DNA of 10,414 bases from Bdellovibrionia bacterium (lineage in GTDB: Bacteria; Bdellovibrionota; UBA1018), in the NCBI GenBank assembly GCA_045805065.1, contig JBJMMA010000162.1:1-10414 (forward strand), given 5' to 3'. The notes under the pieces were generated by a model, which did not search any database, had not been told where the DNA came from, and saw only the letters and a list, made by a program, of their open reading frames with translations. Of the stretch, positions 1 through 8,467 are shown piece by piece. Numbering within the stretch: the first letter of the stretch is position 1; the number at the start of each line of letters is the position of its first letter. The position numbers and the translations under genes were made by a program.

Positions 1-1329
1 AGTCATGTACGGACCATAGAATATAAGAGTGGGTGTCGTATAGGTCGGCGTCCATTCTGAAGGGCTCAGCAATTTGAAATCAAAAGTGTACGTGAGTCTT
101 TCCTGCCCATCAGGATTGATCAGTTGAAGCTTCGGATAGTTTTCCGTCAGATTAGGAATTCCAAGTAACGCGAGCGATCCATCCTGTGTGCGCTGGGCAT
201 TGCTCCAGTCATAACGCCAATCCAGGATCATCGTATTGGCTGGATCGGAATCCTTATCGGTCATTTTTCTCAGGGTGATGGTCTTTTGGCGCGTCTGTTC
301 TGAAAGACCCCAGCGAGCGATGTTTCCTTCGCCGAGCCAAATATATGTATGGCTATTGCACTTGTAGCTTTCTCCGGTCTCCTCACGATAAAGGCGATTC
401 AAGCCGATTCCTGAAAACTGATTTCCGCCGATCGCGTAGAGATTGCAGCTTTCTTTTTGGGAGCCTGAAGAACCTTCGAACTGGAAAATCCAGAGGCCAG
501 TCACTCCTGAGCCTAACGACGCGAGGCTGCCGAGATTCAATTCATAATCTGATGACTTTAAGGACACAAGATTCGCAAGATTTTGTTTTTCGATGATTTT
601 GCCTGAGAGATCATACGAAACCGCCCACTGCTTTCGGTTTCCGCCGTAACCATCGGATACGTCGAAAAGTGCGAATACCTGTCCACCCGAAGCCGATAAT
701 TTTTTCGGACGCTCATACTGAAAAGCCTGTTCCAAGGTGACAAGGGTTCCTGCTTTTAAGTCGATGATGTCGGACTCGAAGGAGTCATAGCCATAGTACG
801 CGGTCATGAGGACACGTGACTTTTCCAATCCAACGAACCAAGCCGAAGAATACCCCGAGCTGGAAAGCGTGAATTGGAAGTGTCGGAGCGGAGTTCCTGT
901 CCTCGAAATGTGCTGAAGATTGATGATGCCTTTCGAATCACCCTCAAAATGGGCAATGTCCCCGATTACTAAACTCTCATCGGCCATCTTATAGACAGGA
1001 GGTAAAGTCGGAGTTTGCGAGGTAAAGGCGCCATGAACGCTGTCTTGCCAGGTTTTCCAGAAATCTGGAATCTGACTCCAAGCTATAAAGAGCTTGCTGA
1101 CTCCCGCGAAATCAATCTTATGGATTCCCTCGGCGTCAGTATAATATGCGCCGTCCTGAGTGAATGTAGGATCTCTTTCGAGAGATGACTTTGTTTGAAT
1201 CCTTGCCAGTTCACGCAAACTCGACTTCTGAGGAGGCGACGAAGAAGTTCTGGCTTCTGCTGATAAGCATCCTGAGAAAAAAAGTGCGCCACAAAGCCAA
1301 AGAGCTAAGCTGTTCGATGCGCGGATCAT
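1..1329 (-). CDS. Lipoprotein C' (3'-truncated at window edge), paralog of 4217-5569; putative beta-propeller-like
   Basis: Not in the ORF track. Manual translation from ATG 1329 (ATGA overlap with the stop of 1326-2705) is open for 443 codons to base 1: MIRASNSLALWLCGALFFSG-CLSAEART...IFYGPYMT. Lipobox-like FSG-C. Colinear motifs shared with 4217-5569: SSLRE, LFIAWSQIP/LFVAWSHIP, QHISRTG.PL, YDL.GK, RT.DGSL, QLINPDG. Confidence 0.9.
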   Translation of the reverse strand, partial: MIRASNSLALWLCGALFFSGCLSAEARTSSSPPQKSSLRELARIQTKSSLERDPTFTQDGAYYTDAEGIHKIDFAGVSKLFIAWSQIPDFWKTWQDSVHGAFTSQTPTLPPVYKMADESLVIGDIAHFEGDSKGIINLQHISRTGTPLRHFQFTLSSSGYSSAWFVGLEKSRVLMTAYYGYDSFESDIIDLKAGTLVTLEQAFQYERPKKLSASGGQVFALFDVSDGYGGNRKQWAVSYDLSGKIIEKQNLANLVSLKSSDYELNLGSLASLGSGVTGLWIFQFEGSSGSQKESCNLYAIGGNQFSGIGLNRLYREETGESYKCNSHTYIWLGEGNIARWGLSEQTRQKTITLRKMTDKDSDPANTMILDWRYDWSNAQRTQDGSLALLGIPNLTENYPKLQLINPDGQERLTYTFDFKLLSPSEWTPTYTTPTLIFYGPYMT

Positions 1330-2705
1330 TTTGGACTCCCGCAGGGAAAACCTGCCTCATTGAAAGTGATGTCCGTTTTGGCCGGAAAGAGTTGAACGGC
1401 TCCCGTGCAATCCTTGAGCTTTGCATCTTTCGCAAGACGTCCTGACTTAATTCGGCCCCCTGGATAAGCAGTAAAAGGGAATGCTTCAAGCTCAAATTCA
1501 GAACCGGAGCTGATGTCGCGGAACTTTGCTCGCGAGGCCAGCGTGCCGCTCATGACGTTTCCAGCCTCATCAAAGCTCAAATTATCGCTCCAGCGGCCAG
1601 AAGAAACTTCAACAATCTTCCCGTTGAGTTCCACCAGTCCTACGCCTGAGGCCTTCTCAACGTAACCCGAAGGATGAAAAGACATATGTCCATTGACCGT
1701 CAGTAAGTATCGATCAGTTTTCACCTTCGTCCAATTTTTAAAGCACGCCTGAACGAGCTTTTGGTCTTCACTGAGTTCGGCTGCACATTCTCCAGTGAGT
1801 AAACCCCTACCTCCTAAGAACTCGAGCCCGTCTTGTTCATTAGACTGACCCGTGTATGAATTGCTGGGTGTAAAGCTGCGGACCGTCCCATTTGCATAAA
1901 ATTCAATCGGGCCGTTCAGGTAGACTGGCTTACCAGCGATTTCGACCGTACCGTATGAGCTGGCGACCGTTTTCTTGATGGATCCCGTTTGATCATAAAA
2001 CTCGGCGCCATCCACTCCTAACGGATATCCCTTGTATAACACCCAGGAGATTCCAATTCCCTTGAGCTCAGTGAACCAGTCTCGCGCTGTCATCTTGGGC
2101 ATGGCGGAAGAAAAAACCAAAGTTGTAAACCGCCGAATACTTGCTGGATCCAGGTCAGACAAAGTGTCACAGGAATATTCAGGACAAGGCAAGGAGAGGG
2201 CAATGTTGACTGAGGTTACCGCTTTTCCGAAATCTGAGAGCGCATTCCAGAGACTTACATCGAAAACAAAGGCATAAGGCAGATGAGGAGGATTGAAACT
2301 GAAGAGCTTCTTCACTTCACATCCGCGTTGAAGTGCTGGAGGAATTGTTTCGTCGTTCTCGGGGACGATATCAATCTTGTCTAAAAACTTTGCGCCATCC
2401 AAAAGGCCGCGCGTCTTAGTCAGTATCGCAGCCGCGTGAGTTCGCGCGAAGGGTTCCAGTCGTTTTGCCATTTCTTCGATGATATTGCTCAACGTCGATG
2501 AGCGGGGAGCAAACGGAGTCCAGCCTCTGGCTAGTCTTGCCTCAAAGGTTTCGTAGGGCTCGACGATCGTTTGATTTCCGATCTTGCAAATGGCGACATA
2601 TCCCAGTGGGTGGTAACCATCGTAGATATTTTCGGCATTTGCTTGAGCGCTTGACGCCATCAACAGCAGTAAAACCGCGATTTTTAAATTTGGAAATTTG
2701 ATCAT
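1326..2705 (-). CDS. Secreted protein B' (459 aa): degenerate GNGG-type N-terminal module plus beta-hairpin (MORN-like) repeats; paralog of 5566-6969
   Basis: Long ORF with Sec signal (MIKFPNLKIAVLLLLMASSAQA). About 7 repeats of type [hydrophobic]-F-x-x-x-G-x-[VI] (EFYDQTGSI, EFYANGTV, SFHPSGYV, SFDEAGNV, AYPGGRI, TFNEAGFP). Colinear with 5566-6969 (ETIPP.L..GC.VKKL, LWNALS..GKA, DWF.EL, FHPSGY, FNEAG.PCGS). Confidence 0.9.
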   Translation of the reverse strand: MIKFPNLKIAVLLLLMASSAQANAENIYDGYHPLGYVAICKIGNQTIVEPYETFEARLARGWTPFAPRSSTLSNIIEEMAKRLEPFARTHAAAILTKTRGLLDGAKFLDKIDIVPENDETIPPALQRGCEVKKLFSFNPPHLPYAFVFDVSLWNALSDFGKAVTSVNIALSLPCPEYSCDTLSDLDPASIRRFTTLVFSSAMPKMTARDWFTELKGIGISWVLYKGYPLGVDGAEFYDQTGSIKKTVASSYGTVEIAGKPVYLNGPIEFYANGTVRSFTPSNSYTGQSNEQDGLEFLGGRGLLTGECAAELSEDQKLVQACFKNWTKVKTDRYLLTVNGHMSFHPSGYVEKASGVGLVELNGKIVEVSSGRWSDNLSFDEAGNVMSGTLASRAKFRDISSGSEFELEAFPFTAYPGGRIKSGRLAKDAKLKDCTGAVQLFPAKTDITFNEAGFPCGSPK

Positions 2706-2714
2706 AATCGACTC

Positions 2715-4220
2715 TTAGTAAACTTTGGCTTCGCCCTTTTCATTGAACTCGACATACTTTCCGGCGCTCACGTAGCCGCTTCCGCCATCTTGTTGTTTCA
2801 AGTAGGTCCCGCTTTCCAGATACGCCCCGAACACAGTGCCGTCTTCGCGCAGGTCCACTTGCTCGTCTTTTGCTGCGGTAATCGTGCGGGAAGAGTTCGG
2901 AATATGTAGCGTTCCAGGCTGATGTAGGAAACCTGCCTGGATGTTTCCTTTACCATCAGTTCTGAATTCGCCATAAAACTCGAGTGATTCGGATCGGATG
3001 GAAAACCGCTCGGGTTGGAAAAACCGTGCATGGGTCACGCGATCGAGCTTTGAGTCGATGGTGACTGTATATCCATTTTCGCTAGGTGGAACGATCTTTA
3101 CTTGGCGGCCCTGTACTTCAGTCGTGCTGACTGGATTATAATCGCTAATCGCGCACTCATCGTTTTCGTTTGCGCCATTGAATGAAAACGTTGAGTATGT
3201 CCCGCATTTAAGGTCGTAGTGCGCACTTTTGCGAGGGATTTCTTGTGCGATCTCGCCGCGAAGCACGCGCAGACCGTGATCCACCGTAATGGAGTAAAAC
3301 CGGAGCATTTGTCCGTTGGCTTTACCGTCTATTGGCCAGGAGAAGCTAGCTCTATCAGAAATAGAGTTAGGGCGTGCCCAGAAATCCTTTCCGATGAACC
3401 TCTTCAGATAGAACTTGTTATCGGACATCTCATAATTGATACAGCCATATAAATCTTGTCCAAAGAAATGTGCGCTGAAACCTTTGCAGATGGATACGTA
3501 GTTGTCATTTTTTTCTGGCAAAACAAACCAATTCCCGTCATCCAAGTTGACCCGCTGAAATGTGAACCCCACTTTTTTGAGAAGTTCAAGATAGGCATTG
3601 AGGTTCATCGTTTCCATGGCTTTTGATGTCAGAGTGCCATTGAAGAAACGGGTGTTGACGGAGTCAGATTGTTTTAATGACAGCGCTTCCCAATAGATCG
3701 TCTCATGAAGAACAAGCGCCGCACGGTTCTCTTCATCCAGCATTTCCCAGAGCGGCTTGTTCACAAGAAAAGTTTTTTCAGAATACTGTCTTTGAATGAC
3801 GATCTGACGGATCACGCACCCCTTAGGAAGCAAGACGTGCATCGAATCCGAAATGTCCGGAAGCTCCTCGTGAGTGAATTCAGATTTCTCGACAAAGCGG
3901 GATGAAATATCGACGTAGTTCTGGGCACGATAAGCATCCAGGCGCTTGAGTCGGTCCAGTACATAATTGATGCGTCGCTTGTAGTCCCAGCCTTCTTCTC
4001 CGAGAGAAATGACGTTTTCTCTCAGGAAGCGACTTTCGAACAAATCGAGAAGCTCGATGCGCTTTTGACCTGGAAGAGGGTTCGCGCAATAAATGACGTC
4101 GCCGCCGTTTCCCGCATGGCTTCCGCCGCCTTCTCCCTTTGTTGCATAGGAGGTCTTAGTTGTTGCCGCTAGAAGGAGTGCCAGAACAAATGTAAATGCA
4201 ATTGGATGTCTTCGAATCAC
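2715..4220 (-). CDS. Secreted protein A' (501 aa): GNGG/HExxY N-terminal module plus variable beta-rich C-terminus; paralog of 6962-8467
   Basis: GTG start in a GTGA overlap with the upstream stop, AGGAG upstream. Signal peptide ending ...SYA, then GGGSHAGNGGDVIYC and RAALVLHETIY. Confidence 0.9.
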   Translation of the reverse strand: MIRRHPIAFTFVLALLLAATTKTSYATKGEGGGSHAGNGGDVIYCANPLPGQKRIELLDLFESRFLRENVISLGEEGWDYKRRINYVLDRLKRLDAYRAQNYVDISSRFVEKSEFTHEELPDISDSMHVLLPKGCVIRQIVIQRQYSEKTFLVNKPLWEMLDEENRAALVLHETIYWEALSLKQSDSVNTRFFNGTLTSKAMETMNLNAYLELLKKVGFTFQRVNLDDGNWFVLPEKNDNYVSICKGFSAHFFGQDLYGCINYEMSDNKFYLKRFIGKDFWARPNSISDRASFSWPIDGKANGQMLRFYSITVDHGLRVLRGEIAQEIPRKSAHYDLKCGTYSTFSFNGANENDECAISDYNPVSTTEVQGRQVKIVPPSENGYTVTIDSKLDRVTHARFFQPERFSIRSESLEFYGEFRTDGKGNIQAGFLHQPGTLHIPNSSRTITAAKDEQVDLREDGTVFGAYLESGTYLKQQDGGSGYVSAGKYVEFNEKGEAKVY

Positions 4221-5569
4221 AAGGAGCTCTCCTGCTTGGGCGAATCAATGATTTCGTAAACGACGTTCTGATCGCCAATCTCAAACAAGATGTGTGAGCC
4301 GAAAATCTGATGTCGTGCCACCGCTTTCCATGAGCTTGGATCGCCTAGAGGGAGGACTTCAGAAAGTCTGACTGCTCCATCCGGATTGATGAGTTGAATC
4401 CGGGACATTTTCTGAGAAGCCGAGTATTCAAAAAGGCTGAGTGATCCATCATCTGTGCGGGATGTTCCACTATTCTCTATTTGCCAGTCCTTAAAAACCA
4501 AATCATTCATAACCAGCTTCTTGTTGTTTATAGAGGTGAACTCGAGCGCGTCTTTCCATGTGATTTTAGATTTTGCTTGCCATACGAAACTGAGCCCTCC
4601 GAGCCAGGTCATCTCGAAACGGTTATCGGAAAAACCGAGCTTCGGAATCTCTTGCGTGTAACCCAACTGCAATCCCTGGGTGCTGCGGATTTGATCAAGA
4701 TCAAAAGCAAAGAAGTAATATCCGGTTAAGCCCTTATCGTTGTGTTCGCCGTAGTGATTGGCTTCACGCCAGATCCAAACCCCAGCCAGGCGAGACGACA
4801 GCGGGAGAACGCTTGAAGCAAAATGGGCATCTGAATATTGAGAGATTCCTTGGACCGGGGCGACTTCGTCCAGGCTTCGCTTGGCGGACAGTTTTCCGTC
4901 CAGATCATAGACCAGGATCGATGCACGGCCTGCGTTGTCTGGCCACGCTCCTCGGTCTGTTGTAACAATGTGAGTTCCCACGACCTGGGGCTCACTCTCC
5001 GACCAGGGGTATTCTTGTGAGATTGCAATATAGGTCTTATCTTTAAAGTTGAGAATCCCATTCGTTCCATAAACTAATGCGTGGGACGAGTCGATACTCT
5101 GCACTTGACGAACGGAACGAGGGGTTCCAAGCCGTGTCTGAATCAGTTCAAGCGGCTGCCCAGTTCTAGAGATGTGCTGAAAGTAGAACGCATCCGTATA
5201 GGTTACATAGTCGGTCTCGCCTCTGGACGAGAGCAGGAGACTTTCATCCGAAAGGCGATCTATTCGAATGTTCCAAAGGTCATGGCGGGGGATGGAGTGT
5301 CCAATGGTCGGAATGTGAGACCAAGCCACAAAGAGCGTCTTTTTGCCGCTATAGTCGACTCGGTAAACTCCGTCTGATTCGGCGAAGAAAACCCCGTCGC
5401 TCGTCATTATGCGCTGGATGTACGGACTCATCACGGAAAACCGCGTGGACTCACGCAAGCTTGAGGCCTTAGGAGGATGAGGGAATGAAAACACCGATTC
5501 AATAGTGGTTCCAGCGGGTACTTCGCAGCCCGACATCGCGATGGCAGCAATTAGAATCAGTGATCTCAT
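4217..5569 (-). CDS. Lipoprotein C (450 aa), putative beta-propeller-like
   Basis: Lipoprotein signal MRSLILIAAIAMSG-C. ATGA overlap with the upstream stop. Blade-like motifs (GVYRVDYSGK, ILVYDLDGKL, IQLINPDGAV). The fold is inferred only. Confidence 0.88.
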   Translation of the reverse strand: MRSLILIAAIAMSGCEVPAGTTIESVFSFPHPPKASSLRESTRFSVMSPYIQRIMTSDGVFFAESDGVYRVDYSGKKTLFVAWSHIPTIGHSIPRHDLWNIRIDRLSDESLLLSSRGETDYVTYTDAFYFQHISRTGQPLELIQTRLGTPRSVRQVQSIDSSHALVYGTNGILNFKDKTYIAISQEYPWSESEPQVVGTHIVTTDRGAWPDNAGRASILVYDLDGKLSAKRSLDEVAPVQGISQYSDAHFASSVLPLSSRLAGVWIWREANHYGEHNDKGLTGYYFFAFDLDQIRSTQGLQLGYTQEIPKLGFSDNRFEMTWLGGLSFVWQAKSKITWKDALEFTSINNKKLVMNDLVFKDWQIENSGTSRTDDGSLSLFEYSASQKMSRIQLINPDGAVRLSEVLPLGDPSSWKAVARHQIFGSHILFEIGDQNVVYEIIDSPKQESSL

Positions 5570-6969
5570 GGTTTGATGCTCCCGCAGGGAATGCCTGCTT
5601 CATTGAATCGAATCTCGCTCCCGGCCGAAAAATGGCGGATCACTCCGCTACAATCGCGAGCGTTCGTCTCGCTCGCAAGAGTCGCTGATTTAAACCCGCC
5701 TTGCGGATAAGCTTCGAAATATTGAGGAGCTAATTCGAATTCAGCGTTTTGAGTCCAGATCTTTACAGGACGAGCGAGGAAGCCATCCATGATTCTTCCG
5801 TCTGAGTCAAAATGGAGCTCCCGATGTTCCCCTGAATCCACTTCCACAATTCTTCCTGAAAGAACAACCAAGCCAAGTCCATGAGCGCTTTGAAGGTAGC
5901 CCGAAGGATGAAATTTCGTATGTGCTGAGATCGCAAGATCATAACGGTCACTGCGCAATTCGGCGAGGGAAACACATCCGTCGGCAAGTTTTTGATCTTC
6001 GCTGAACTCCGCTTCGCAGTCTGGGTTAAGCCATACTTCGCCGCCATTCACTCGGATGCCAGGGTGCGCGGAGGACGAGCTAGAGTAGCCGGCGTCAGAT
6101 GCCGTTAACCAATGAACCGCTCCGTTTGGATGAAAGCGGACCGAGTTTTTAAGATAGACCGACTCTGACAAGATAGAACTGCGATGCTCCTCATATGCAC
6201 TTGCAGAGCGTAGAGAGCCAGTCTCTTCATAAAATTCCGCACCTGAGACTTTCAGAGCTAGACCGTGATAGACAACCCAGTCATTTCTGACACTCGAAAG
6301 CTCGGAAAACCAATCGTGAGCCGAAAGGCTTTTCATTTTTGATGAATAGAGGAGCGCTGTGATTTTTCGGATTTCAGAGTCGTTCCAGAATGCTACGCAA
6401 ATTTCACGTTTTTGAGACCACTCATATTTGTCTAGAACTTTTGCCGAGCAGGAATGAAAGATGATGTTCGTCAATACGGACGCTTTCCCAGCATTGGAGA
6501 GAGCATTCCAAAGAGTCGCGTTGAAAACAAAATCGTAGGAAAGCTGGGGTGGTTTATAGCTATAAAGCTTTTTGACCTGGCATCCGGGTTCCAGCGGCGG
6601 AGGGATGGTTTCCGACTCGTCCGCTACGATGTCGATGTTATCGATGAACTTTGTGTTTTGGAGCGGATCCGTTTTGGATTTGAACAAAATGTCGGCATGA
6701 ACTTCGGAGTAGGATCGTAGACGATCGATGGCCGCATCGAGCACTTTTTCGTAACTCAGCTGAGGATCGAACGTGTCGGGCACATCGCCACGTTGGACTC
6801 GCGCCTCATGAAATGCGTAAGGTTCAATAGTGGTTTTTCCACCCTTCGAACAAACTGTTACGTAGTCTTGGGGGGATTTGCCCGATTGGTCCATCCAGGC
6901 GGCAGCTCCTGAGTTTTCTAACAGGACTAAGCCTAAACTTAGAATGATAAGAGATTGGATTCTAATCAT
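5566..6969 (-). CDS. Secreted protein B (467 aa): degenerate GNGG-type N-terminal module plus beta-hairpin (MORN-like) repeats
   Basis: Hydrophobic signal (MIRIQSLIILSLGLVLLENSGAAA). 8-bp ATGATTAG overlap with the upstream gene. Repeats EFYEETGSL, RFHPNGAV, EFSEDQKL, KFHPSGYL, HFDSDGRI, AYPQGGF, RFNEAGIP. Full-length paralog at 1326-2705. Confidence 0.9.
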   Translation of the reverse strand: MIRIQSLIILSLGLVLLENSGAAAWMDQSGKSPQDYVTVCSKGGKTTIEPYAFHEARVQRGDVPDTFDPQLSYEKVLDAAIDRLRSYSEVHADILFKSKTDPLQNTKFIDNIDIVADESETIPPPLEPGCQVKKLYSYKPPQLSYDFVFNATLWNALSNAGKASVLTNIIFHSCSAKVLDKYEWSQKREICVAFWNDSEIRKITALLYSSKMKSLSAHDWFSELSSVRNDWVVYHGLALKVSGAEFYEETGSLRSASAYEEHRSSILSESVYLKNSVRFHPNGAVHWLTASDAGYSSSSSAHPGIRVNGGEVWLNPDCEAEFSEDQKLADGCVSLAELRSDRYDLAISAHTKFHPSGYLQSAHGLGLVVLSGRIVEVDSGEHRELHFDSDGRIMDGFLARPVKIWTQNAEFELAPQYFEAYPQGGFKSATLASETNARDCSGVIRHFSAGSEIRFNEAGIPCGSIKP

Positions 6970-8467
6970 TGGACTTGCTCCATTCTACGCGGCCTTTTTG
7001 GTCGAACTTGAGACATGTTCCCGATGAGTAAGTTCGTCTTTTGTCATCGGTGTTGGTCAAAGTTGCAAAACTGTCCAGGCAGGCGCTCTGGACAGTGCCG
7101 TCTTCGTACAAATAAGTAGTTCCTGCTTTTGCGGAGATTTCTTTAGACGAGTTCGGAATCTGCAGTCGGCCAGCCTTGGCAAGAAATCCGCCTCGGATAT
7201 TTCCGGACGGATAGGCCAGAAACTCCCCTTCAAAGGTGAGTGAATTTGATCGGATTTTGAACTCTTCGGCTTTTGCAAGCAGCGCATGGGTCAGGCGACC
7301 AGTAGTTGGATCAAATTCGATCCATATGTGCCCTGAGGTGGTAATTTCAACGCTTCGGCCCTGAACTTCGGCCAGGTTGGGGACCAGATGGGTAGCGAGG
7401 ACGCATTTGTCATACTTCCCAAAATTTGGGAACGACAGGTTCGAACCACTTGCGCAGGATATTTTGTAGTGTGCAGTTTTTCGCTCAACGACTTCTTCGG
7501 TCGTACCTTGGATGACTTGAAGCGTGGCTCCAAGTGTTGCCTGCTGGAATTGGACTACTTGGCCACCTTGAACTCCGTTTACAGGCCATGGAAAGGATTT
7601 ATATATAGCTGAAACGAAAGTGTAGAGCCCGCGGTCGTCTTTTGATTGATAACCAAAGTATCCGTCTATTTGGTTCCCCAATATAGTGACTTTGGCAGAG
7701 TGGCAATCTTCGAGGAGTTGGTAACCTTCGAAGCAAGAGTAGGTTGATTCTCCTAAAACATAGTCTACCGTGGCCTTGTCTTTGAATATCGCTCGGTAGT
7801 TTTTCATTTCGGTCGAGAGGAGCAGATTCAGATAATCCCGTAGATCGATCGCGTCCAAAGCGTGGGACGTGATCGTTCCATTCAAAAGCCGGGTGTTGAT
7901 CGAATTGGTCTGCCTCAGAGAGAGAGCTTCTCGATAAATTGTTTCATGCAGGACGAGCGCGGCGCGATTCTCTTCGTCCAGCATCTCCCAGAGGGCCTTG
8001 TTGACGAGAAAACGTTTTTTCTCGGCCTCAGGTTGAGGGCTTTGAATGACGATCTGACGGATCTTGCATCCTTCTGGAAGGGCGATGTGCAAAGAGTCCG
8101 GAATGTCTGGAAGCTCATCCGTGGTGAATTCAGAGTCATCCAGGAAGTGAGATGCGTTATCAGCATAGATGCCAGCCCGGTATGGGTCGAGTCGTTTCAG
8201 TCGATCCAGTACATAGGCGATTCGGCGTTTGTAATCCCAGCCTTCTTCGCCCAACGCGAGCGCGTTGTCTCGAAGTACTCGACTTTCAAATAGATCGAGA
8301 AGCTCAATGCGCTTTTGGCCCGGAAGAGGGTGCTCGCAATAAACGACATCGCCGCCATTTCCCGCATGGCTTCCACCGCCTTCTTGTGAGGCATTGCAAA
8401 GCAGAGGAGTCGCTGACAAAAAGAGCGCTAGAGTAAGTGTCAGTGCATACGGGTATGCTTTAATCAC
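6962..8467 (-). CDS. Secreted protein A (501 aa from GTG 8467): GNGG/HExxY N-terminal module plus variable beta-rich C-terminus
   Basis: The ORF track start is 8491, but GTG at 8467 has GGAGGA upstream, overlaps the regulator stop (GTGATTAA), and gives the same length (501 aa) and the same GTG-ATT start as the paralog. Signal peptide, then EGGGSHAGNGGDVVYC and RAALVLHETIY. Confidence 0.9.
   Translation of the reverse strand: MIKAYPYALTLTLALFLSATPLLCNASQEGGGSHAGNGGDVVYCEHPLPGQKRIELLDLFESRVLRDNALALGEEGWDYKRRIAYVLDRLKRLDPYRAGIYADNASHFLDDSEFTTDELPDIPDSLHIALPEGCKIRQIVIQSPQPEAEKKRFLVNKALWEMLDEENRAALVLHETIYREALSLRQTNSINTRLLNGTITSHALDAIDLRDYLNLLLSTEMKNYRAIFKDKATVDYVLGESTYSCFEGYQLLEDCHSAKVTILGNQIDGYFGYQSKDDRGLYTFVSAIYKSFPWPVNGVQGGQVVQFQQATLGATLQVIQGTTEEVVERKTAHYKISCASGSNLSFPNFGKYDKCVLATHLVPNLAEVQGRSVEITTSGHIWIEFDPTTGRLTHALLAKAEEFKIRSNSLTFEGEFLAYPSGNIRGGFLAKAGRLQIPNSSKEISAKAGTTYLYEDGTVQSACLDSFATLTNTDDKRRTYSSGTCLKFDQKGRVEWSKSND

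Noticed and set aside
7934..7948. Calling A an active zinc metalloprotease
   Set aside because: The motif is HETIY, not HExxH, so activity cannot be asserted.
3624..8383. Diversity-generating retroelement template/variable repeat pair
   Set aside because: No reverse transcriptase in the window. Both copies are coding N-terminal regions, and the inspected differences are not adenine-specific.
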